Positions 8,618 through 16,326 of a DNA stretch of 58,355 nt are shown here, piece by piece. The translations under genes were made by a program, and so were the position numbers. Position 1 is the first letter of the stretch, and each line of letters starts with the position of its first letter. The notes beneath the pieces are model-generated. The model was given only the letters and a program-made list of their open reading frames with translations, ran no database searches and was not told the DNA's origin. The DNA is from Candidatus Nanopelagicales bacterium (GTDB lineage Bacteria; Actinomycetota; Actinomycetes; S36-B12): assembly GCA_044240195.1 (NCBI GenBank), contig JBIHZX010000004.1, forward strand, positions 1 through 58,355. The letters run 5' to 3'.

Positions 8618-9611
8618 TTTTGGCTACCACGCTTTCACGGCTGCCCGTCACGGTAAGTGATTCAATCGCCGCCGGCAATCCTCCTGTTAGCCACCACACA
8701 ACAGTGTCATTGGACTCACGGGTTATCCGAGAAATTTCGTCGTAAGTCGGGAGACCGTATGCCGGGTCGAGAAGAATTCCAACTCGCCGGAATGCTTCAT
8801 CGCGTGCAAACGCACCATTTTTATCTAGCTCGTGATCATGGGATCCCGCTGCGTCAATGATGGTGACATTGGTCATCGATGGTGCCCCTCGTCCCAAAAG
8901 TTTCGAGGTTTGCGTTGACAAGTCAGTAATGACTCCACGCATCTCATCCACATTTCGGCTTACTGACACCCCAACAACTTTCCACATCGCGCCCAAGAAA
9001 TCACTGCCTGCAAGGAATCCTGCAATCGATGCACCGGACCCAACGGGAAGCACCACGCTTACTTGATTGGGATCGGTCCCCCTCGCGTTGCATTGCTCAT
9101 GCAGTTCAATTGCTGCTCTGGCAAAGCCCAAGCCACCCACTGCAGTGGCACCGCCGCGGGGAACGGGGTACGGCACTTGGCCATCGGCCGCTAGCTCCGC
9201 TGCCCGCCGTTCAACCTGTTCATTTATCACCGAGCGGTCTAGCCCGGTGAAGTGAATTACCGCTCCAGTCGCCTGCGCTACTAACAAAGGTACGGGCCAC
9301 ACATCCATGGGATTTCCTGCCACTTCGATTTCACAATCGAGGCCGACTGCCGCTGCCGCATGCGCACAAGCTCCAATAAAATTAGATCCTGCCGCTCCAC
9401 CGGTAATGACAACATTGGAGTCGCATTTGAGCGCGTCCGCCATGAGATATTCCAGTGGCCTTACTTTGTTGCCGGCCAGCCCGAAACCCGTGAGGTCGTC
9501 GCGTTTGAGAAGCACGGGCGCAGCCGCGTCGAACTGCCACGGCGCCGCGAGGTGCAGGGCTGTCGGAAATTGACCCAGGTGAGTTCGAGGAATTCGATCA
9601 GTCGGATTCAC
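8610..9611 (-). CDS. PLP-dependent D-cysteine desulfhydrase/ACC deaminase family enzyme (XcbE-like candidate)
   Basis: LKRDDLTGFGLAGNKVR (PLP lysine), PRGG, GSGAS, LLDPAY, WLTGG. Confidence 0.85.
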   Translation of the reverse strand: MNPTDRIPRTHLGQFPTALHLAAPWQFDAAAPVLLKRDDLTGFGLAGNKVRPLEYLMADALKCDSNVVITGGAAGSNFIGACAHAAAAVGLDCEIEVAGNPMDVWPVPLLVAQATGAVIHFTGLDRSVINEQVERRAAELAADGQVPYPVPRGGATAVGGLGFARAAIELHEQCNARGTDPNQVSVVLPVGSGASIAGFLAGSDFLGAMWKVVGVSVSRNVDEMRGVITDLSTQTSKLLGRGAPSMTNVTIIDAAGSHDHELDKNGAFARDEAFRRVGILLDPAYGLPTYDEISRITRESNDTVVWWLTGGLPAAIESLTVTGSRESVVAKNV

Positions 9612-10981
9612 TGGCGCCCATTTCGATCAGTGACAGACTGGGTTTCGATCAGTGACAGGCAGTGGTCGATAAGGGGACCGGTGGTGGGCTCGGCACTCAT
9701 CCACTCGAGCACGATTTCCGGTGACACGTTGGCTGCTGCGGCAATCAATGCTGCAATCGACTGAATATCTTCGGTCCCATCTCTTTCAGAGAGAGCCACC
9801 TGCATCAATCCCTGTGCCTGATGTTTGCCCATCTGTGAAGATAGAGCCCGCAGAACCGACTCTGTGTTTCCCGTGCCTGAGGATTCGAGATTGCGTAGCA
9901 TCTTCTCCGGATGAACGCGCAGCCCAGCAACAAGTTCTGCCGCCACGCTAGCTGACTTGCCTGTGCACATGGCGACCTCGGGCAACATGGCCCACTCGGC
10001 TTTCCAGCTTCGGCCATCTCGTTCATGACTGGACACGACACCCTCAACAAGAACTCCTGCCGCGGCACGCGCTATCCGCGACAAGGTGTCCAGGTGCTCA
10101 CTCAATTCCGGGTTTTGCTTGTGCGGCATGGTGATGCTACCGACTGCGTTGACATCTCTTGGTTCGCTGAGTTCACCAATTTCTGGTCGAGCCAACTCGT
10201 AGATTTCGTTGCCGATCCGAGCAAGTGATGATGCCACCGTCGCCATGGTTGTCCCGAATTCTGCGATCCTGTCTCGGGTGGCCGTCCATGACATACCAGG
10301 GTCACCCAGTGCGAGGAGTTCGCAAAATCTGCTCCGTAGTTCCAAGCCCTGATCGGGAAAAAAAGCGAGTCCGCCGGTCGACCCGGCGAGCTGCCCCACG
10401 CTCCACCGCGCCCGCGCCCCGTCAATCCGTTCTATGTGACGATTAATCTCGTCCGCCCACGTTGACACTTTGAATCCGAATGTCACCGGTGTACCCGGTT
10501 GGCCATGGGTGCGCCCAGCAATTGGAGTGTCGCGGTGTTTTTTTGCCAATTCCACACACGAATCACGTAGCTTCACAAGGTCCGCACGGATTAAGTCACC
10601 GCTATCGCGCATGATCATGCCAAACCAGGTATCTGTCAGGTCTTGAACCGTAATTCCAAAGTACACGTACTCTCTGGACGAACTATCGAGAATCTGCTGC
10701 AGTCCACGGATGAGTCCCAGAGTCGAGTGTGATGTTCGCCGGGTTTCCGAACTGATGAAATCTTCATCCAGTAATTCCACCCGTGCTTTGCTCGCGATAC
10801 CCTCGAATGCAGCGTCGGGGATAATTCCCAGTTCGGCTTGGGCTTGTGCCAACGCCACGAGAATATTGAGCCAAGCCTGCAGTCGATGCTTCTGATCAAA
10901 CATTCGATCGTAATCAGGTGTACTCCATCCATGTGCATACATGGATGAAGCGGTCAAACGGTTGTCCACGCCGGGTCCCAT
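9608..10981 (-). CDS. Adenylosuccinate-lyase-like aspartase/fumarase superfamily protein (XcbD-like candidate)
   Basis: GRTHGQ, TFGFK, RDR, GSITMPHKQNPE, HERD motifs. Confidence 0.85.
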   Translation of the reverse strand: MGPGVDNRLTASSMYAHGWSTPDYDRMFDQKHRLQAWLNILVALAQAQAELGIIPDAAFEGIASKARVELLDEDFISSETRRTSHSTLGLIRGLQQILDSSSREYVYFGITVQDLTDTWFGMIMRDSGDLIRADLVKLRDSCVELAKKHRDTPIAGRTHGQPGTPVTFGFKVSTWADEINRHIERIDGARARWSVGQLAGSTGGLAFFPDQGLELRSRFCELLALGDPGMSWTATRDRIAEFGTTMATVASSLARIGNEIYELARPEIGELSEPRDVNAVGSITMPHKQNPELSEHLDTLSRIARAAAGVLVEGVVSSHERDGRSWKAEWAMLPEVAMCTGKSASVAAELVAGLRVHPEKMLRNLESSGTGNTESVLRALSSQMGKHQAQGLMQVALSERDGTEDIQSIAALIAAAANVSPEIVLEWMSAEPTTGPLIDHCLSLIETQSVTDRNGRQ

Positions 10982-11880
10982 GCACGTGCCAATTCATTGA
11001 TCGCTTCACGGATGTCAGCCAAAGATGCACCCCATGGCACGATCACCCGGCCGTTCTCAATTTCTATTGACTCCTCGAGGAGACAGCACTTTGTAATTGT
11101 TGCCATTCCCGAGGATTCTTCGCGTTCCCTTGGGCAGAAGGACACCATCGGCGGGCGGTCGCCATAGAACCACTCATGTATTTGTGCGGATCGTTCACAT
11201 CCGACCATGGTCCAATCTTCGCGATCGGGACGTTGGTCTAGGTAGGAAGTGCGGGCACCATCAATTTCCGTGTCAGCGCCCCGGCAGGGAAGGAGGTAGT
11301 GCCCACTCGGAATTTTCGATCCAAACGAATCTAACGTCAATGCATCGAGATGCGCGACTATCGGGGGTAGGTCTTCGGCCACCTCGAGGAGCCGGCACAC
11401 CTGATCAAACAGTTTCGCGGGAGTCGGGGGGATTACTTCAGTGACGTTGATGTTTAGTGGTTGTGGGTTGAGAATAAAACTGACGTGGGAGTACAGACCT
11501 TCAACAACGACGGCCTTCGCTTGAGGGGCGTAATTCGCTGCGGCGCGCGCTAGATTGGACGGGACTGCCGTGTCAATGCTCGCATCGGCGACGAAGGAGC
11601 ACTCAGTCGGATCTGCCAGGATCTCGACACTCGTCACGGGCGAAAAGAGTGGCACCGGGTCCGCCCTCTGGACCGCTGCCAGCCAAACCCCATTCGGCTC
11701 ATGGACCACGATGAAGCGAGTTCGTCGGTACACCTCTCTACCGGTGAAGTATTCAGTGAGCGACTCCCATGTGAAAGAGTCTGTGGAGTGGGACACGGAG
11801 ACACCTCGGTAGGCGCTGGGAACCACATTCATGCGAGATCGAAGAAGGACGTGACCTGAATCTGTCCTGGTTTCGGTCAC
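10954..11880 (-). CDS. Hypothetical protein with Cys-rich C-terminus (possible metal/Fe-S binding)
   Basis: 308-aa ORF coupled to both neighbours; LPCR, VGCERS..IH, FCPR, TKCC. Confidence 0.75.
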   Translation of the reverse strand: MTETRTDSGHVLLRSRMNVVPSAYRGVSVSHSTDSFTWESLTEYFTGREVYRRTRFIVVHEPNGVWLAAVQRADPVPLFSPVTSVEILADPTECSFVADASIDTAVPSNLARAAANYAPQAKAVVVEGLYSHVSFILNPQPLNINVTEVIPPTPAKLFDQVCRLLEVAEDLPPIVAHLDALTLDSFGSKIPSGHYLLPCRGADTEIDGARTSYLDQRPDREDWTMVGCERSAQIHEWFYGDRPPMVSFCPREREESSGMATITKCCLLEESIEIENGRVIVPWGASLADIREAINELARAWDPAWTTV

Positions 11881-12662
11881 CTGCGCACTCCTGAGGATTG
11901 GGAAATGCCAACGGCAACCAACGCGGTATCTGCGCGCAGTCCTAAACGAAGAGTTTGTAAGGGAAGTAGATCCTCGGGCGCGACGTTGCCCACATTCACT
12001 TCTGGTCCATGTGTATTGATGAACCAGGCTTGTTGATCTTTTCGAGGCGCCTCAAAAAGCACGCGATCGAGCCCTGCCGCCAGCAATGCCGCGTCGATGA
12101 CTTCAGTTTGTGGAGTCCCGTGGGAGTCATAAACACCAACGGTCCCACTCTCCCGTCCTTCAGCCACAATGTATTCGGCACCAGCAACCAAGTCGCCCGT
12201 GATTTCCGAATGCCATTGAGTTGGGGTGAGAATTCGTTCGGCACTCTTGTACCCGGTTTCGGCAAATACTCGAAATGACCGCGCCGATGTGCGAATGAGT
12301 TCCCACTTTTCTTCCATGCTCATATCTGCCACACCTCGAGAAACCTCAACCGCTGTGAATCCGGCCTGTTCCGCCCAATTGAGGCATTCACTTACACGTC
12401 CCTGCGACCAAGCGATCTCCAACAATGTGCCTCCGAGGCAGGCTGTGATCCCGTGTTCGCGTAGGAGTCCAATTTTTGACGCCAAATGTTTCTCTACATA
12501 AGCAGTCCCCCAACCGAACTTCCACACATCGGCAAACTCCGCGTACGAAGCCAGTTGGCTTTCCATCGATCCAAGTGAAATTCCCTTATCCAGCACGTGT
12601 GTCAGCCCGATGGAGCGTGGCTTCTCAGGCAGAACCGGAAGGCTCAGGAAATTGTTCGACAT
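11877..12662 (-). CDS. comA: Phosphosulfolactate synthase (ComA/XcbB)
   Basis: GLTHVLDKG, KFGWGT, GGTLLE, EGRESG, FEAP, NVGN, LRLGLRADT. Confidence 0.92.
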   Translation of the reverse strand: MSNNFLSLPVLPEKPRSIGLTHVLDKGISLGSMESQLASYAEFADVWKFGWGTAYVEKHLASKIGLLREHGITACLGGTLLEIAWSQGRVSECLNWAEQAGFTAVEVSRGVADMSMEEKWELIRTSARSFRVFAETGYKSAERILTPTQWHSEITGDLVAGAEYIVAEGRESGTVGVYDSHGTPQTEVIDAALLAAGLDRVLFEAPRKDQQAWFINTHGPEVNVGNVAPEDLLPLQTLRLGLRADTALVAVGISQSSGVRR

Positions 12663-12678
12663 GTGTCCTATACTACGC

Positions 12679-12714
12679 GTACTTTCACTTTACGACATAT
12701 CTACCCGTGAATAT
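12679..12714. promoter_or_regulatory. Divergent promoter with AC-N9-AC-N9-AC array (possible GlnR site)
   Basis: AC at 12681, 12692 and 12703 (11-bp phasing) between comA and the AIR-synthase-like gene. Confidence 0.3.
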
Positions 12715-12745
12715 TCTGCGCATTGTTACTACATTGGAGGACTCC

Positions 12746-13753
12746 ATGGGCCCGAAGAGCACTGCCCGACAACAACTTGATGACGTTGCAGCAGCTGTGG
12801 CAGGTAATAGCGCCATTGCGGCCAAGCGCGAAATAGGTCTCGTCAGCGAGGCCTTAGGGTCGTCGGGTTTCGTCGAGGGTCCCGGGGATGACGGCGCGGC
12901 CATCGCGATTGGTCACACACTAGGAATCGTGTGCGGAGAAGCAATGTGGCCACCATTTGTCGCAGCAGACCCCCGCGGGGCTGGAATAGCCGCAATTCTT
13001 GCCAACGTAAACGACGTTGCTGCGATGGGTGGCCTGCCCTTGGCAATTGTTGACACCATAGCTGCGGATGAAGCCACCGCGCGTGAAATTCTCAGCGGTC
13101 TGGCCTACGCCTCGTCCTTGTACCGAGTTCCCATTGTTGGCGGACACCTCACGCTCACAGATGGGCAGCCCAGTTTGTCTGCATTTGCGCTCGGCCACAC
13201 TGACAAACTTTTATCGACCACGAATGTTATGGCAGGTCAAGATCTTGTCGTGGCCGCGTGCATTGAAGGATCAATGCATCCAAAATTCCCGTTCTTTGCT
13301 TCATTTACTGAACGAGGCGACAGTCTCGGTGATGACGTGCGTCTTCTGGCACAGATTGCCAAAGATGGCATTGCTGTCGCCGCCAAGGACATCAGCATGG
13401 CCGGGCTTATCGGCTCACTGGCCATGCTCTTGGAGTGGGGGTCCTTCGGTGCAGAGCTCAACCTCGACGTGCTCCCAAGGCCTGAAGGTGTCTCGCTGGC
13501 TGACTGGTGCAACTGTTTCCCATGCTTTGGGTTCATCCTGTGCTGTGAACCATCCAGAACTAATGAATGCCTCGAAGTTTTCACTCGCACCGGACTCGCA
13601 GCCGCCAAAGTTGGGTCCATAAATGGCTCGGGCAGCATCGAGATCCTCGCTGGCGGAGAGCGCCGAGAGGTTCTGAATTTGCTTGAGGATACGGTCACGG
13701 GCTTAGTTCGTTCCCCTAGCAACACCGCAGCAGTTCCCCTGAAAAACATCTAA
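12746..13753 (+). CDS. AIR synthase-related protein (PurM/SelD/HypE superfamily; Sll0787/NitF-like)
   Basis: GPGDDGAA, ANVNDVAAMGG, IVGGH, AKDISMAGLIGS motifs. Start at ATG 12746 after GGAGG; the ORF-track start at 12476 overlaps comA. Confidence 0.87.
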   Translation: MGPKSTARQQLDDVAAAVAGNSAIAAKREIGLVSEALGSSGFVEGPGDDGAAIAIGHTLGIVCGEAMWPPFVAADPRGAGIAAILANVNDVAAMGGLPLAIVDTIAADEATAREILSGLAYASSLYRVPIVGGHLTLTDGQPSLSAFALGHTDKLLSTTNVMAGQDLVVAACIEGSMHPKFPFFASFTERGDSLGDDVRLLAQIAKDGIAVAAKDISMAGLIGSLAMLLEWGSFGAELNLDVLPRPEGVSLADWCNCFPCFGFILCCEPSRTNECLEVFTRTGLAAAKVGSINGSGSIEILAGGERREVLNLLEDTVTGLVRSPSNTAAVPLKNI

Positions 13754-13874
13754 TTTTTTCGTTTTTTTTACGTCAAAATATCGAATTGGCTGACTTCGGG
13801 GTCCGAAATGTGTACTTTTGTGTACACATCAAGTCGTATGATGAATATGCGGCTTACAATCATTGGAGATGAGA

Positions 13875-14405
13875 ATGCCCCCTATTACAATGGTGTTCAT
13901 AATTACAGGACTTGCAGTCTTCACGCAAGCGATGTTCTTTCTTGGCATCGGAGCAAGTGCTGAGGAAGGTAAAAAGAGCCCGATTATCCCAGTTGGATAC
14001 ATTTCTGTAATCGCAGGAATCGTCGACCTGGTTGTCGGTATTTACATTACCGTGGTTCGGCCAATAGAAGATGATCCTTCACTGCTGCTGGCTGGCCTTA
14101 TCGGATTCTACGGTCTGTTCTTCATTGCCTTAGGACTCGCCGAAATTCTGGGCCTTGACCTTCGGGTTATCGGCAATCTAGCTATCCCAACCGCGATCCT
14201 TCCGCTGTTTTGGATTAACTTCTTCTCGGGTAGCACAACCTTTACGTTGATTCTTATCTGGTGGGTCATCGCATTCCTCTCCATTACGTTGACCACGTAC
14301 GGGAAGTTGCAAGCACGGGCCTTGGGAGTCATCTTGATGCTCACCGCGCTCTTCACATTCTTCCTCGTTCCAGTATTCCTAGTCATGGGTTGGAACCTGC
14401 CTTAA
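13875..14405 (+). CDS. AmiS/UreI-like urea/amide channel
   Basis: About 175 aa, six hydrophobic helices, GLDLRVIG motif resembling AmiS/UreI; nitrile hydratase context. Confidence 0.6.
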   Translation: MPPITMVFIITGLAVFTQAMFFLGIGASAEEGKKSPIIPVGYISVIAGIVDLVVGIYITVVRPIEDDPSLLLAGLIGFYGLFFIALGLAEILGLDLRVIGNLAIPTAILPLFWINFFSGSTTFTLILIWWVIAFLSITLTTYGKLQARALGVILMLTALFTFFLVPVFLVMGWNLP

Positions 14406-14412
14406 TCGCTGA

Positions 14413-14476
14413 CGCCTCCGACTGTTCGCTCTCTTATCTGATGGCACAGTCTTATCTGATAGCACAGTCGGAGGCG
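14413..14476. repeat. 13-bp inverted repeat enclosing an 18-bp tandem duplication
   Basis: CGCCTCCGACTGT / ACAGTCGGAGGCG; CTTATCTGATGGCACAGT (14433-14450) and CTTATCTGATAGCACAGT (14451-14468). Confidence 0.75.
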
Positions 14477-14578
14477 CTTCGGCTCATTGTTTCGCTGTAG
14501 CTTGGATCAATTACCCGTAATTTGTTAGGGTGATGCAAACGAGGATGCGGCTCACCCCGAAACATTGATGCACATAGA

Positions 14579-14618
14579 TGAAACCCGGTTACTTCCGTGA
14601 GGAGGTAACCGGGTTTCA
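14579..14618 (-). terminator. Intrinsic terminator hairpin downstream of the fasciclin gene
   Basis: TGAAACCCGGTTACTTCC-GTGA-GGAGGTAACCGGGTTTCA. Confidence 0.7.
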
Positions 14619-14662
14619 GAATTTCTTAGTGAACAATAATTGCTGAACTTAAATTATTGAAC

Positions 14663-15259
14663 TTACGGCATTGTCAGTGCAGCAACATCGACATCTGCTG
14701 GGACGAGCACAGCATCGATTACGTGGATAACACCGTTGCTAGCAAGAACATCTGCGGTAACAACATTGGCTCCGTTAACAGTGACACCGTTTGCTGTCGA
14801 GAGAGTTACGTTCTGTCCTTCAACGGTCGCAACGTCACCGTCGGCGATGTCGGCAGCAAGAACTGTTCCTGGAACAACGTGGTAGGTCAGAATCTTGGTA
14901 AGTGCATCAATGTTCTCTGGAAGCAACAGTGCGTCAAGAACACCTGCTGGAAGTGCTGCGAAAGCCGCATTTGTTGGCGCGAACACGGTGAAGGGGCCTT
15001 CGCCACTCAGTGTTTCGACCAAGCCAGCGGCAGTGACTGCAGCGACCAATGTGCTGAAATCTGGATTTGATACAGCAACGTCAACAATTGTCCCGACGCT
15101 GACCTCTCCGACCATTTCATTAGCTTCTTCAACTGCAGACTCTTCAACGGCAGCGCTTGATTCAGTTGTTGCTTCTTCTGATGTGCTGCTGCATGCTGAC
15201 AAAGTCAGTGCTGCTGCAACTGCTACTACCGCAATTGCGGTGCGACGCATTACTCGCAT
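14663..15259 (-). CDS. Fasciclin (FAS1) domain lipoprotein, MPT83-like
   Basis: Lipobox LSAC; [39 protein letters not shown]. Start at ATG 15259 after AAGGAG. Confidence 0.92.
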   Translation of the reverse strand: MRVMRRTAIAVVAVAAALTLSACSSTSEEATTESSAAVEESAVEEANEMVGEVSVGTIVDVAVSNPDFSTLVAAVTAAGLVETLSGEGPFTVFAPTNAAFAALPAGVLDALLLPENIDALTKILTYHVVPGTVLAADIADGDVATVEGQNVTLSTANGVTVNGANVVTADVLASNGVIHVIDAVLVPADVDVAALTMP

Positions 15260-15458
15260 TTTTTTCTCCTTGATATTGGGAATTATTTTCAGAAATGTGA
15301 TAGCAAGCAACAAATTGAATTTCGGCAAACGCAAACATGGTTAATTACTTAAAGTTAATCAAATTTCCACAATTTGATCCGTTTTCACGATTAAATTCGA
15401 GCGAAAAAGTGACATGAAACACAAGGTGCTGTTCCGTTACCTTCTTATTATTAGGTGT

Positions 15459-16028
15459 CTAGGAAGTGACACCCGTATAGATGAGCACTGAACCAAAGAT
15501 GAAGAATAAAACAGCAGCGCCAATCTTGATAAACTTTTCTGGCAACGCCTTTCCAAGTAACACGCCAACGCCGATTGCAAGAACGTCTGCGGCAACCATG
15601 CCCAGCGTTGAACCAACCCAAGTACCGAACCAACCTTCAGTTGTAGCAAGGGTCACGGTTGCAAGCATTGTCTTGTCTCCAAGCTCAGCCAAGAAGAAGG
15701 CGATCGCGACAGCAAAGAAAGCGGGTCGGTTTGACCGAGAAGCCTTTGATTCCTCTTCCTCGCTGAGTTTGTCACCACGTAAAGTCCAAAAGCCAAAGAA
15801 AACGAAAGCTAGTCCGGCCGCAATGTTGATAGGACCGATTGGCAGGGCAAGTCCAATAACGCTGCCTAAAGCAACAGAGAATAAATGAACAATGGCCGTC
15901 GCCACAGTTATCGCAGCGACCACGGTCCAGAACTTGTAGCGAGTTGCGAACGTCATCGCCATCAATTGGGATTTGTCACCCAATTCAGCGACGAAAATTA
16001 CGGCGAAACTCAGCAGGAAGGCGTCCAC
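15459..16028 (-). CDS. TMEM165/GDT1 (UPF0016) family Mn/Ca transporter
   Basis: Two ELGDK motifs (AELGDKSQL, AELGDKTML). Confidence 0.92.
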   Translation of the reverse strand: MDAFLLSFAVIFVAELGDKSQLMAMTFATRYKFWTVVAAITVATAIVHLFSVALGSVIGLALPIGPINIAAGLAFVFFGFWTLRGDKLSEEEESKASRSNRPAFFAVAIAFFLAELGDKTMLATVTLATTEGWFGTWVGSTLGMVAADVLAIGVGVLLGKALPEKFIKIGAAVLFFIFGSVLIYTGVTS

Positions 16029-16211
16029 CTGTTTACGACCCTCCCTTCGACAACGAATTAGTTCAAGTCGACTGTACCGAGCCCACAGTCGGACATAAGT
16101 AAGGTGCCTGCGATCGCCTTGCTTCCCATCTTTGGTTATTCCCTGACCGAAATACCCCGCTGATGAGACGCCCAGTAATGTTGTCTTCGTTCTCGAGCTT
16201 GCTCAGAACAA

Positions 16212-16283
16212 GCCTCTGTAGCTCAGTGGTAGAGCAACCGCCTTGTAAGCGGTAGGTCGTCAGTTCAATCCTGACCGGAGGCC
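16212..16283 (+). tRNA. tRNA-Thr(TGT), CCA not encoded
   Basis: GCCTCTG/CGGAGGC acceptor stem, GCTCAGTGGTAGAGC D-arm, ACCGC-CTTGTAA-GCGGT anticodon arm, GTCAG-TTCAATC-CTGAC T-arm. Confidence 0.95.
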
Positions 16284-16326
16284 CTGGCAGCAAATGTATG
16301 TGGACATTGCTAGATATGCTCGTTAA

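Noticed and set aside
7163-10981. Housekeeping argH, purB and ACC deaminase
   Set aside because: Catalytic motifs deviate, no other arg or pur genes are adjacent, and the genes are coupled to comA.
12746-13753. Selenophosphate synthetase (SelD) or a selenoprotein system
   Set aside because: No N-terminal Cys/Sec-x-x-Lys motif, and I saw no in-frame TGA read-through candidates in the cluster genes.
16029-16200. yybP-ykoY Mn riboswitch upstream of the UPF0016 transporter
   Set aside because: Expected from context, but I could not find the conserved GGGGAGUA and AGACC elements; an Infernal search would be needed.
16212-16283. tRNA-Thr as the integration site of the 1-14.4 kb cluster
   Set aside because: The cluster lies 5' of the tRNA, and no integrase or duplicated tRNA 3' end is visible.
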